In this document: positions 46,540 to 55,959 of the stretch, one piece after another
Numbering within the stretch: position 1 is the first letter of the stretch
Layout: every line of letters begins with the position of its first letter
Assembly: GCA_002688315.1 (NCBI GenBank)
Contig: NZCN01000010.1
Coordinates: 7,756-71,755, forward strand
DNA from: Candidatus Woesearchaeota archaeon
GTDB lineage: Archaea; Nanobdellota; Nanobdellia; Woesearchaeales; UBA10216
Reading direction: 5' to 3'
Length of the DNA stretch: 64,000 nucleotides
Translations under genes and position numbers: made by a program
Notes under the pieces: model-generated
What the model was told of the DNA's origin: nothing
Databases searched by the model: none
Seen by the model: only the letters and a program-made list of their open reading frames with translations

Positions 46540-47243
46540 AATCTGTTGGAATTGTCGGCGGGCTTGGTTCAAAAACAACCGCTAGATTCTATCTGAAAAT
46601 ATCAGATTGTTTTAGAGAGAACAGGAAGGTTAGTCCTAAGATAACAATAGATAACTGTGCATTTCCTTTAGAACTTGAAGAAGAAATAATATTAAAGTCA
46701 AAAAATGAAGCTAAGCTTCTTCCATTTCTGAAAGAAAGCATTGCAAGATTGAATAAAGCAGGAGTGGATTTGATAGTTATTCCCTGCAATACTGCTCATT
46801 TGTTTATAGACGAATTACGAAAACATTCCAAAGCTAAAATATTGAGTATTCTGGAAGAAATGGTTAAAGAAGTTAAGAGAAAAAATATCTCAACAGTTGG
46901 TATTCTTGCAACTTCAAAAATTGTTGAAAGTGGCTTATACCAAAAGATACTGGAAAAGGAAGGGATTAGCTACGTACTACCTAATAAAAAATCACGAAAA
47001 GTTTTATCTAAATGTATTTTGGAAATTCTGGAAAATAAAAGTAACCAAAAGACAAGAAACAAAATCAAAAAAGTATTCCAGCACTTGCTTAAGGAAGGAG
47101 CAGAAACAGTATTTCTTGCATGCACAGACTTAAAATTAGTTTTGGGTAAAAACATTGTGAAACATATTGATTCTTTCGATATTTTATTTGAAGCTACGAT
47201 TAAAGAAATGGAAGGAGGAAAAAATGGAACTAGGACAACTTGA
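46536..47243 (+). CDS. Aspartate/glutamate racemase-family protein
   Basis: VGIVGGLGSKTT and two catalytic Cys contexts, VIPCNTAH and FLACTDL. Confidence 0.85.
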   Translation: MKSVGIVGGLGSKTTARFYLKISDCFRENRKVSPKITIDNCAFPLELEEEIILKSKNEAKLLPFLKESIARLNKAGVDLIVIPCNTAHLFIDELRKHSKAKILSILEEMVKEVKRKNISTVGILATSKIVESGLYQKILEKEGISYVLPNKKSRKVLSKCILEILENKSNQKTRNKIKKVFQHLLKEGAETVFLACTDLKLVLGKNIVKHIDSFDILFEATIKEMEGGKNGTRTT

Positions 47244-47772
47244 AGAAGAGATAGTAAGAATTCTGCTTGATAATGATGGAACAAGAAAAGAGGATGTCGT
47301 TGATATCACAGAAGAAAATGGCACAATTTATGTAATGGTTAATAGACGCATAGGAACTAAAAGAGAAGGTGTGGTTACTTATGAAAGAGTTGAACAAAGA
47401 CGTCTTAGAATAATGACTGCATCGGAGCAAGTAGAATTTCAAAATTTGCTAAAACATCCAATGACTGTTGCCCATACATATAATGGCGCGAATTTAATTA
47501 AGCTAAAAAAACAAAAAAATGGGCTAGGAAGGTTATTAAGTAATCTACAAGGAAACGGATATAGTTTAATTTCTGTAGCAACATACCATATGGTGAGCCC
47601 TTTTGATTTATTAGTACCTATAACGGCCACAAAAAGAGATGAAAGAGGAAGTAAGAAAAATGTTAGTAGATTGTTTACACATGCAGATAACCAAACTTCT
47701 AATGGACATTTTATCAGTCATCATCGTTACTGTTTAGACACCACACCACAATATATAATAAATAATTCATAA
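47224..47772 (+). CDS. Hypothetical protein (182 aa)
   Basis: The ORF overlaps the racemase end. I recognise no motif. Confidence 0.45.
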   Translation: MELGQLEEEIVRILLDNDGTRKEDVVDITEENGTIYVMVNRRIGTKREGVVTYERVEQRRLRIMTASEQVEFQNLLKHPMTVAHTYNGANLIKLKKQKNGLGRLLSNLQGNGYSLISVATYHMVSPFDLLVPITATKRDERGSKKNVSRLFTHADNQTSNGHFISHHRYCLDTTPQYIINNS

Positions 47773-47804
47773 GATTTAAATAAAGAATAGGAGCAAGTTG
47801 GAAC

Positions 47805-48896
47805 ATGGCAAAGAAAAGACTAATTGACCCTTACGGAAGCGAACTAGTGGAAGATTATACTAAATTGATCGCTGACTTTCATCTTGAAAAGTTTGATGCT
47901 TCGTTATTTCCAAAACCTAACAGGCTTATGAGAAGAGGGGTAGTTTATGCAGGATTAGGGCAGAAAATTATTTCTGATGCTATCAAACAAAAAAAACCGT
48001 TTTACGTTCTTAGCGGCATAATGCCAACTGGAGATAAGATTCATTTTGGAACTAAAATGGTTGTAGAGAACATAGCTTACTTCCAAAAAGTGGGTGCTGA
48101 GGCTTATATTCTAGTAGCTGATTTAGAGGCAGAAGCAACAAGAGGAGTTTCTTTGGAACAAGCTAGAAAAAGAGCCTTTGATTTTCACATACCTGCGTAT
48201 ATCGCACTTGGTTTAGACCCAAAAAAGACTACTTTCTACTTTCAATCAGAGAATGTAGAAGTAATGAGAGCTACTGCACTGTTTTCTAAAAAAGTAACAC
48301 TAAACCAGTTTTTAGCAATGTATGGAAATGCAGATCCTGGAAGAATAATAGGAGCAATAACGCAAGTCGCTGATATTCTTTATCCTCAGTTTAAGAGACG
48401 GATGCCAGGAGTGATTCCTGTTGGCTCTGATCAATTACCACACATATTGCTCACAAGAGATATTGTAGGAAGGATGAAAACACAAAAGTTTGTACCTCCA
48501 AGCACGGTTTTAAACAAGTATGCTCCTTCTCTTGATGGCTCCATGAAGATGTCTAAGTCACAGCCAGAATCATGTATCGAACTGCCTGAGGACCCTAAAA
48601 TTGTCTGTAAGAAGATAAAGCGCGCTTTAAGTGGTGGCAGAGATACTTTAGAAGAGCACAAGCGCCTAGGAGCTGATGTTGAAAAGGATATGGCTTTTGA
48701 ATTGCTTAAACAACATTTAATAGAAGACGATAAAGAGTTAGAGAATATTTACAAAAAATACAAATCAGGAAAAATGACTTCTGGGGAAATAAAAGAAATA
48801 GCATGCGAAAAAATGACAGAATTCATGAATACATTTGAAAAAAAGCTGGAAGAAGTGAAAAAACAAGTTTCTAAATTGAAGTTTGTGAAGGCATAG
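47805..48896 (+). CDS. trpS: Tryptophanyl-tRNA synthetase (archaeal/eukaryotic-like C-terminal region)
   Basis: HIGH-like IHFG, and KMSKS (MKMSKSQPES). The tail, SGGRDTLEEHKRLGADVEKD...EDDKELENIYKKYKSGKMTSGEIKE, aligns by eye with archaeal TrpRS. Confidence 0.8.
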   Translation: MAKKRLIDPYGSELVEDYTKLIADFHLEKFDASLFPKPNRLMRRGVVYAGLGQKIISDAIKQKKPFYVLSGIMPTGDKIHFGTKMVVENIAYFQKVGAEAYILVADLEAEATRGVSLEQARKRAFDFHIPAYIALGLDPKKTTFYFQSENVEVMRATALFSKKVTLNQFLAMYGNADPGRIIGAITQVADILYPQFKRRMPGVIPVGSDQLPHILLTRDIVGRMKTQKFVPPSTVLNKYAPSLDGSMKMSKSQPESCIELPEDPKIVCKKIKRALSGGRDTLEEHKRLGADVEKDMAFELLKQHLIEDDKELENIYKKYKSGKMTSGEIKEIACEKMTEFMNTFEKKLEEVKKQVSKLKFVKA

Positions 48897-48946
48897 AACC
48901 TTTTTTCCAAAGGTTTTTTAAATCCTAGCGGAGTTCTTCAATTTTT

Positions 48947-48982
48947 ATGACTGAATTAATCATAACTGAAAAACCGAAATCT
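48947..48982 (+). pseudogene. Orphaned 5' fragment of topA (first 12 codons), left behind by the insertion
   Basis: It reads MTELIITEKPKS and then diverges to a stop after 11 more codons. 48956-48982 matches 50333-50359 at 24/27 nt. A TTTTAAAT element lies about 27 nt upstream. Confidence 0.6.
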
Positions 48983-49014
48983 TTATATAATAGGACAATT
49001 GTCCCATTTATTCT

Positions 49015-49230
49015 ATGAGGAAACGTGGACCGGATGTAAAAAAGATTGAAACAATAAAACGAGTATTAAAAAGTTATCCTAACGGTTTGTGGATAAGAGA
49101 AATCTCTAGAAAATCAAAGATAAGTAAGTCTACCGTGCATAGATACATAAGAGAATATATGAAGAATGATGTAGAGTGTGTACTAAAAATATCAAATTTG
49201 ATGGAGGTTTATAAGCTTAAGAGGAAATGA
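49015..49230 (+). CDS. Small winged-helix/HTH protein (71 aa)
   Basis: IKRVLKSYPNGLWIREISRKSKISKSTVHRYIREY is HTH-like. Its stop overlaps the endonuclease start (ATGA). Confidence 0.55.
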   Translation: MRKRGPDVKKIETIKRVLKSYPNGLWIREISRKSKISKSTVHRYIREYMKNDVECVLKISNLMEVYKLKRK

Positions 49231-50324
49231 TAACAATAGAAGACTTTAAACCAAGTGAGACTTACTTATTTTTAGAATCTAGCTATAAAAGAGATTTGTT
49301 AGAGGTTGCGATAGCAAAAGCAGGATCGCAAAGAAAACTTGGTACTATTTTAAAGTTGGATAAAGGGTGTGCTTATCAAACCAAAATTTCTACTTGGCTA
49401 CGGCAAAATAATCTCAGATTAGATTTGATACATGCTTTGCACAAATATTTAAGAAAGAAGTTAATAGTCGAAAAGATAAAAGGGCTAAAATCAGAAACAA
49501 CGGGAGGATTAATCACAAATATTAAATTCCCAGTAAGATTATCGCCGGAGTTAGCTAACATTCTTGCTAAATTATACTGTGATGGTTCTGTCACTAAGAG
49601 AAATAAATACACAACAATATATTATAATACGTGTCCGCAGCTTATATCTGAATATAAAGAAAAAATTGGTCATTGTTTTGGAAATTTAAAGTTCAGTGAG
49701 AGTAAGGGGCATGTGTATGCTGTTAGAGTGCCGAATATTATTGGGAAAGTACTATATAAGAAATTTAGGCTAGGTATGAATAGAATTCCTTCTCAAATTA
49801 TGTTAGCTGATAAAGAAATTAAAGCTGCTTACTTAAGGGCTGTTTTTGATGATGAAGGTAATGTCAATAAGATACACGGTCAAATAAGATTGAAAATGAA
49901 ATTTAAAACATTTCTTCAGGATGTAAAGCAATTGTTAGAGGAATTTAGTATAGAGACCTCACCGTTGGGGAAAGACTTTAGTGGTGCTGGACATTTGGCA
50001 TGGTATTTTGTTATTAGCGGTCAATATAACCTCAGAAAATTTTATAAAAGGATTGGGATTTCCCACCCAGACAAAAAGAAGAAACTTAGAAAGCGTCTCA
50101 GAAGCTACAAGCAAAATACATATGGTTATAAAGCAAGATTTGTTATACTTGATATATTAAGAAAAGGGGGAAGTAAAAGTGTGGAAGATTTGGCAAATAT
50201 TGCGGGAAGAGATAGAAGGACAATACAACATCATTTAAACAATCTAATTGAGTCAAAACTTGTTAAATTTACAAAAGTGAAAACTAAGTATTCTTTTAAA
50301 AATTGTTGGGCAAGCGTAAAATGA
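49227..50324 (+). CDS. Double-motif LAGLIDADG homing endonuclease with flanking HTH/wHTH regions
   Basis: Motif 1 is LAKLYCDGSV and motif 2 is LRAVFDDEGNV, about 100 aa apart. The C-terminus is wHTH-like (VEDLANIAGRDRRTIQHHLNNLIESKLV). Confidence 0.85.
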   Translation: MITIEDFKPSETYLFLESSYKRDLLEVAIAKAGSQRKLGTILKLDKGCAYQTKISTWLRQNNLRLDLIHALHKYLRKKLIVEKIKGLKSETTGGLITNIKFPVRLSPELANILAKLYCDGSVTKRNKYTTIYYNTCPQLISEYKEKIGHCFGNLKFSESKGHVYAVRVPNIIGKVLYKKFRLGMNRIPSQIMLADKEIKAAYLRAVFDDEGNVNKIHGQIRLKMKFKTFLQDVKQLLEEFSIETSPLGKDFSGAGHLAWYFVISGQYNLRKFYKRIGISHPDKKKKLRKRLRSYKQNTYGYKARFVILDILRKGGSKSVEDLANIAGRDRRTIQHHLNNLIESKLVKFTKVKTKYSFKNCWASVK

Positions 50325-52504
50325 GTTATACTTTAATAATAACCGAGAAACCGAAATCTGCACAAAAAATTGCAGAAGCTTTGGCAGATGGAAAGCCAAT
50401 AAAAAAAGGTGCAAAGGGAGTTTATTATTACGAGATAACTCATGGAGATAAAGATATAATAGTTGGATCTTCGGTAGGTCATTTATTTGGAATTGCAGAG
50501 AAAACTAAAAAGGGTATGAAATACCCTGTATTTGATGTTGAATGGCAGCCACTATACGAGATAAATAAAGGCGCTGCGTTTTCTAAGAAGTATTATGATA
50601 TGTTAAAAAAGCTAAGCAAGAATGCAGATGTGTTCGTAATCTCGACAGACTTTGATGTCGAGGGGAGCGTCATTGGAATGAACATAATTCGTTTCATCTG
50701 CAAACAGAAAGATGCTTATCGCATGAAATTCTCTACTTTGACCAAGCCTGAGCTCATCAACGCTTTTGAAAATGCGTCGCCCAACCTCGATTGGGGCCAA
50801 GCTGTAGCAGGAGAGACACGGCATCAATTAGATTTTATATATGGTGTGAATCTCAGCCGAGCATTAACTTCCTCAATAAAAAAAGCAGGGCTTTTTAAGA
50901 TACTCAGCATTGGAAGAGTGCAAGGCCCAACATTGAAGATTGTGGTTGAGAAAGAAAAAGAAATCTCTGCATTTAAACCTGTGCCTTTCTGGCAACTGGA
51001 AATAACAGGAAACGTAAAGAACGGAGTCATAACTGCACTGCATAAAACAGACAAGTTCTGGAAGAAAGATGAAGCAGGGAAGATTTACAAAAAAGTAAAA
51101 GGAAAAAACGGAGAAGTAAGCGAAGTAAAAAAACAGGAATTCCAGCAAAAAGCTCCTACCCCTTTTGATTTAACAACACTTCAAACAGAAGCTTACAGAT
51201 GCTTTGGAATAAGTCCGAAGATTACTCTTTCGGTTGCGCAAGACTTGTACACTTCTGGATTGATTTCTTACCCAAGAACATCTTCACAACAATTGCCTCC
51301 AGCAATAGAATATGAGAAGATTCTGAAACAATTGCAAAAGAACAGCGATTACAAAGATTTATGCAGCGAATTGTTAAAGAAAAAACTGCAGCCTAATAAC
51401 GGAAAGAAAACAGATCCTGCGCATCCTGCAATCTATCCGACAGGAGTTTCTGGGAAAGCACTCAAAGAGTTGAATCAAAAAATATACGACATTATAGCCA
51501 GAAGGTTTATGGCAACGTTTGCTGAAGCGGCGATAAGAGAAACAATGACAATAACTATTGAAGTGGAAGAAGAAAACTTTGTTTCAGCAGGAACAAGAAC
51601 AAAATATGAAGGCTGGCACAAATACTATGGGCCGTATGTAAAGCTGAAAGAGGAAGAATTGCCTGAAGTTAAGAAAGGAGAAAGCTTCAAGCAGAAAAAA
51701 CTGGACCTGCAGGAGAAAGAAACAAAACCGCCTGCAAGGTACACGCCTGCTTCTATTATAAAAGAGCTTGAGAAAAGAAATTTGGGAACAAAAGCAACAA
51801 GGGCTGAAGTGATAGACACTCTTTACAGGAGAGATTATGTTGTTGATAAAGCATTAACAGCAACTGATTTAGGAATAAAAACAGTGGAAACACTTGAAAA
51901 ATACGTTCCAAGAGTTGTTGATGAAGAATTAACAAAGCACTTTGAAGAAGAGATGGAGGAAATAAGACAGAAGAAAAAAGAAGAAGAAGTTGTGTTAAAA
52001 GAAGCTGAAAATCTTCTAACAGAAATACTTGGTAAATTCAAGAAAAAAGAAATGGATATTGGAAAGAATTTATTTGAAGCAACAAAAGCAAGTGAAGAAA
52101 AACTAAATACCATTGGAAAATGCATGAGCTGCGAAGGAATTTTAATGATGAAGCGCGGCAAGTTTGGAAAGTTTATTGCTTGCAGTAAATATCCGGATTG
52201 CAAAGTCACCTTTAAGCTTCCAAGCAACGGACTAATAAAAAATACAGAGGAAATATGTGATGACTGCAAGCATCCGAAAATAATGGTGATAAAAAAGAGA
52301 AAAAAACCGCAGATAGTTTGCATTAACCTTGACTGTCCTACAAAAGTAATTGAAAGTGATAAGGAAAACACAAAATGCGAGAAATGCAAGGAAGGAACAA
52401 TCGTCATACGAAAGAGTGTTTACGGACAGTTCTTAGCGTGCGATAATTTCCCAAAGTGCAGGAACATACTCAAAACAGAGAAAAAAGACGACGATAAATC
52501 ATAA
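50321..52504 (+). CDS. topA: Type IA DNA topoisomerase (TopA / Topo III-like) with C-terminal zinc ribbons
   Basis: Toprim N-terminus LIITEKPKSAQKIA and DFDVEGS (DxD). ISYPRTSS carries the catalytic Tyr. There are several CxxC...CxxC ribbons at the C-terminus. The ATG at 50321 overlaps the endonuclease stop. Confidence 0.9.
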   Translation: MSYTLIITEKPKSAQKIAEALADGKPIKKGAKGVYYYEITHGDKDIIVGSSVGHLFGIAEKTKKGMKYPVFDVEWQPLYEINKGAAFSKKYYDMLKKLSKNADVFVISTDFDVEGSVIGMNIIRFICKQKDAYRMKFSTLTKPELINAFENASPNLDWGQAVAGETRHQLDFIYGVNLSRALTSSIKKAGLFKILSIGRVQGPTLKIVVEKEKEISAFKPVPFWQLEITGNVKNGVITALHKTDKFWKKDEAGKIYKKVKGKNGEVSEVKKQEFQQKAPTPFDLTTLQTEAYRCFGISPKITLSVAQDLYTSGLISYPRTSSQQLPPAIEYEKILKQLQKNSDYKDLCSELLKKKLQPNNGKKTDPAHPAIYPTGVSGKALKELNQKIYDIIARRFMATFAEAAIRETMTITIEVEEENFVSAGTRTKYEGWHKYYGPYVKLKEEELPEVKKGESFKQKKLDLQEKETKPPARYTPASIIKELEKRNLGTKATRAEVIDTLYRRDYVVDKALTATDLGIKTVETLEKYVPRVVDEELTKHFEEEMEEIRQKKKEEEVVLKEAENLLTEILGKFKKKEMDIGKNLFEATKASEEKLNTIGKCMSCEGILMMKRGKFGKFIACSKYPDCKVTFKLPSNGLIKNTEEICDDCKHPKIMVIKKRKKPQIVCINLDCPTKVIESDKENTKCEKCKEGTIVIRKSVYGQFLACDNFPKCRNILKTEKKDDDKS

Positions 52505-53806
52505 CTCAATTGATTTTTCTTCTTTCAGCAACGTCGGGCTTGAGCCGCCATGCCATGTAATTCTTGGGCGGACTCTTATTGGGTAAAGTCTTTCGTTGGT
52601 ATCATCAAATAGTATTGCTGCGCCTTTAACATCAGGCAAATCCTGCAGTGTCTTGTCCAAGCCAGTTTTCATGTAAGTTTGCATCAAGTTACCAAGAGCA
52701 TCAACATCAATCTTTGCAGTAATATGGTGAGCTATTACAATGTCAGACTGAGTCATTACATCAGTGTGGATTTGTCCTGGTTGTTGGGAAGCAAGAACTA
52801 ACGATATTCCTGGCTGTCTGCCTTCTCTTAGAAGAGTTTGCAATGCGTCTGAAGCAGGAGTTGTTCCTTTTCTAGGAAGGAATTCATGAGCTTCATCAAC
52901 CATTATCCAAATTAACGGAACTTCTTTTGTTTCAGGCTCTTCACTCTGAACAAATCTTGTGAATGTCTTAACATCTCTATATTCTTCTGCTTTTCTTGCT
53001 TCCATTCTTTCTGAAAAAAGTTTCTTGCTAATTAAGCCAATAACCAAAGCGCGAACACTTGCTCTGTTAACAGCAGAAGCATAGCCGCTAACATCTATAA
53101 CTGTTATTTGCCCAGCAACAGCCAACTCAGAAAATGAAATTCCGTCTTTGCTAAATAACCCCCAGGATTTAGCTGTTATGAAAAGATTTTCAGCAGAAGC
53201 CTGCGTATAGTGGTCAGTTCTATCATCTGACTGAATAGCTGCAATGATGTCATCAATGTCAAAATCTTCTTTTAAGTTTGAGATTACTCTTCCAATTAAA
53301 GCACCGATAGGGCTTGTTAATTCAACATTAAAGGTAGAGCACCAGTCAGTTATAGACAGTTCAGAGGGTTTTATTGAAAAAGCTGCATCGACTGGAATGC
53401 CTTTCTCTTTAGCACTTTCAAAATGACCTAAAGGAACGTAAATTTTATTGTTGATATCAGAATGTTTAAAGCCCCATTCCCTTAGAAGGCTTTCATCTTT
53501 TTTATTTTCATATTTCATTGTCCAATAAATGCCCATAGTGTCAAACATTACAACTGAAAGTTTTGAAGTAACTTCTTCAGGCAAAGTCATCATGCCTTCT
53601 GCCATTGACATCATTGAATAACTTTTGCCACTACCACGCTTGCCAGTAACAAAAACAACGTGACTTCTAGCAACATCCATGAAAACATTGTTTGAAAGCG
53701 AGCTAGTTTGCCCCATTTTTACATAATGCTTTCCAAGCAAGAACATAGCTCTGGTTCCGAATTTTCTTTTATCCTCAGCATCCCTGCCAACTATTATCTC
53801 ATACAT
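52499..53806 (-). CDS. HerA/FtsK-like P-loop ATPase (DUF87-type)
   Basis: HVVFVTGKRGSGKSYS (Walker A) and LIWIMVDEAHEF (Walker B). 435 aa. Confidence 0.7.
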   Translation of the reverse strand: MYEIIVGRDAEDKRKFGTRAMFLLGKHYVKMGQTSSLSNNVFMDVARSHVVFVTGKRGSGKSYSMMSMAEGMMTLPEEVTSKLSVVMFDTMGIYWTMKYENKKDESLLREWGFKHSDINNKIYVPLGHFESAKEKGIPVDAAFSIKPSELSITDWCSTFNVELTSPIGALIGRVISNLKEDFDIDDIIAAIQSDDRTDHYTQASAENLFITAKSWGLFSKDGISFSELAVAGQITVIDVSGYASAVNRASVRALVIGLISKKLFSERMEARKAEEYRDVKTFTRFVQSEEPETKEVPLIWIMVDEAHEFLPRKGTTPASDALQTLLREGRQPGISLVLASQQPGQIHTDVMTQSDIVIAHHITAKIDVDALGNLMQTYMKTGLDKTLQDLPDVKGAAILFDDTNERLYPIRVRPRITWHGGSSPTLLKEEKSIEL

Positions 53807-53890
53807 TAAAGCAAAAGTTAATTGTTAGGTATAAATAGTTGTCGGTGAATACAAAAAAATATTTAAATAAGAGAAACAAGATTCTAAGTA

Positions 53891-54583
53891 ATGGAAAGCA
53901 AACTCGTGATATTTTTATTATTGAGTTCTATTATTTTATACGGTTGTAGTTCTAGTGGTTTATCTCAAAAAGAGGCAGAAGAGTTAGCCTTACAAGAATA
54001 TAAGAATGTCTTAGATGATGTATACGCTTCCACACTGGCTGATTCTGTAATTGCTGAAGCCAAAGATTCCTTAATTGTAGGAAGAGCTGATAAAAAAGAT
54101 GATGTATGGCATATTTATATTACTTCGCCAAGAGAAGGCTTTGAATCTAGTTTAGAAGTTGTAGTTTATTCTAGAGAAGATGTTCGAATTCCTGCGATTG
54201 AAAAAGCATCTGAGGAAATAAAAAAAATCATAGATGAAAGCCCTGAAGCATTTCTTCCTGAAAAATGTACTTTTTCTGTAGGGTTTAGTTGCATGGATTT
54301 TAGAGTTACTACGAGTACAGTAGATTTAGTAATCCAGCCTGGAATAGGCAAGGACATAACTATTTCTAAGGTAAGTTTTACAGGAGATGCTATTAGCGGG
54401 AAATGCCAAACAAGCCCTAATATAAAACTTAAAAATGGAGAAAGAGGAGTGATTAGCACAACTAACTGCAACATCAAGAAAGTTGATACTAAAGCTAAAA
54501 TTAATGTCGCTTTGGAGTACTACATTGATTCTCCTGAAAATACTAAAATAGTACAAGGGGAAATTCTCTCAAGAGTCGAGTAG
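53891..54583 (+). CDS. Hypothetical secreted protein or lipoprotein
   Basis: The signal peptide has a lipobox-like LYGC|SSS. Confidence 0.5.
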   Translation: MESKLVIFLLLSSIILYGCSSSGLSQKEAEELALQEYKNVLDDVYASTLADSVIAEAKDSLIVGRADKKDDVWHIYITSPREGFESSLEVVVYSREDVRIPAIEKASEEIKKIIDESPEAFLPEKCTFSVGFSCMDFRVTTSTVDLVIQPGIGKDITISKVSFTGDAISGKCQTSPNIKLKNGERGVISTTNCNIKKVDTKAKINVALEYYIDSPENTKIVQGEILSRVE

Positions 54584-54621
54584 CAAAAATATATAAAACA
54601 AGAATACTAAGCTTTTTCTTA

Positions 54622-54846
54622 ATGAATCAGGAAAAAATAAAGAAAGAAGCAAAAGCCTTAATGGATGAGTTTATGACTGCCATGAACACTGTTAAGGAGA
54701 AGGATGAAGAAGTAGGTATTGAAAGGGAAGATTCTACCAGAGAAGCAGAAAAGTGCGAGCTTACAGAAGGTTTTCCTGAAAGAATGATTAAAAATGCGCC
54801 TGCAAAGAAAGGCAGGCAAATAGTTGCTGAAAAGAAAAAATGGTAA
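54622..54846 (+). CDS. Small conserved archaeal protein, GatC-related family (tentative)
   Basis: The C-terminal ..NAPAKKGRQIVAEKKKW resembles the ..NAP....G.I.AEKG.W ending that I recall for archaeal GatC-like proteins. Confidence 0.4.
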   Translation: MNQEKIKKEAKALMDEFMTAMNTVKEKDEEVGIEREDSTREAEKCELTEGFPERMIKNAPAKKGRQIVAEKKKW

Positions 54847-55394
54847 TGAAGCTTGTTCTGATAAGCAGCAATAAACGCAAAATAGAGGAATTGAGTTTAC
54901 TCTTAAAGCCTGAGATTGAGGTTGAAATCATGGAGTTTGAGTATCCTGAGCTTAAGCTTGATGACCCGTGCGATATTTCGAAAGCTGCTGCTAAAATGCT
55001 TGCTGAAAAATTAAAGAAAAATGTATTGGTTGAAGATTCTGGATTTCATATAGATGCTTTGAAAGGTTTTCCAGGAATAATGACTAAGTTCACTCACAAC
55101 AGAATTGGAAATGAAGGGCTGCTTAAGTTGATGAAAGGAAAAAAGAACAGAAAAGGGTATTACAAATCTGCAATTGGGATATGCCGCCCTGGAAAACAAC
55201 CGTTATGTTTTCTTGGAATTGAAGAAGGAAGAGTTGCTAATAAAATGCGAGGCAATAAAGGCTGGGGGCAAGACCCTATTTTCATACCAAAAGGAAAAAA
55301 GAAAACTTACGGAGAGCTTGGTTATCCTGACGGTTTTCATCCTTTCAGAGCTAATGCTGTGAAACTTCTTAAAAAATATTTTCTAACCACCTGA
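54840..55394 (+). CDS. Non-canonical purine NTP pyrophosphatase (HAM1/RdgB/ITPase)
   Basis: SSNKRKIEE, EDSGFHIDALKGFPG and GWGQDPIFIP. Confidence 0.85.
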   Translation: MVMKLVLISSNKRKIEELSLLLKPEIEVEIMEFEYPELKLDDPCDISKAAAKMLAEKLKKNVLVEDSGFHIDALKGFPGIMTKFTHNRIGNEGLLKLMKGKKNRKGYYKSAIGICRPGKQPLCFLGIEEGRVANKMRGNKGWGQDPIFIPKGKKKTYGELGYPDGFHPFRANAVKLLKKYFLTT

Positions 55395-55577
55395 AATTAC
55401 AGAAAGTAGTTTAATTTCATCTTTATCTTTAAGATTTTCTTCTTCAGAAACAAGTTCGTTATTTTTTGCAATTATTACTGTCTCTGAGTTTACATTTAAT
55501 TTTTTTAGTAATTGCGATGCTGTTCCACTAAATTTTATTTTTCTTTTTTTATTATCTGCTTCTATGAAAACTTCCAT
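55383..55577 (-). CDS. ThiS/MoaD/SAMP-like ubiquitin-fold protein ending in Gly-Gly
   Basis: 64 aa with a C-terminal ...LLSVISGG, and a beta-grasp-like length. Confidence 0.65.
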   Translation of the reverse strand: MEVFIEADNKKRKIKFSGTASQLLKKLNVNSETVIIAKNNELVSEEENLKDKDEIKLLSVISGG

Positions 55578-55578
55578 T

Positions 55579-55959
55579 TTACAACTCCACCTTAGTCATA
55601 TCTGTATAAGAACTTACTTCAGTATGAAATTCAAGAAAAACAGTGTCTTCTAACATCTCCATCTTATGGGCAATCATTGGATTAATCTTAACTTCAGTAT
55701 TTTCTGTTAGAATATGCTCTTCTTTTTCATTAGTATCAAGATTTTTCACAGTTAACTTAATTTTCCCAGTAACAAAGTATTGAATTTCAGGATTTCTTGT
55801 AGGATCTGCTCCAGTATGATAATGATTGCCAGAAACTGAACCTTTCTTTCTTTTAAGCATTAGAATTTCCTTCATTTTTTCATCTGCAACGTAAACAGAC
55901 ACAAAACCACGGGCATCCTCATGCTTAGGATTGTGTTTTATGATTTCAACGCCTTTCAT
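55579..55959 (-). CDS. Cupin-domain protein
   Basis: EDARGFV.., G.SGNHYH and the cupin motif-2-like H.ME. The internal ATG at 55959 is preferred, because the upstream extension is low-complexity. Confidence 0.65.
   Translation of the reverse strand: MKGVEIIKHNPKHEDARGFVSVYVADEKMKEILMLKRKKGSVSGNHYHTGADPTRNPEIQYFVTGKIKLTVKNLDTNEKEEHILTENTEVKINPMIAHKMEMLEDTVFLEFHTEVSSYTDMTKVEL

Larger units (their letters stand above)
48983..50332 (+). mobile_element. Homing-endonuclease cassette (small wHTH gene plus LAGLIDADG gene) inserted in the 5' end of topA
   Basis: It is bounded by the imperfect 27-bp direct repeat of the topA codons for L-I-I-T-E-K-P-K-S. It carries two ORFs unrelated to the flanking housekeeping genes. 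Confidence 0.55.
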
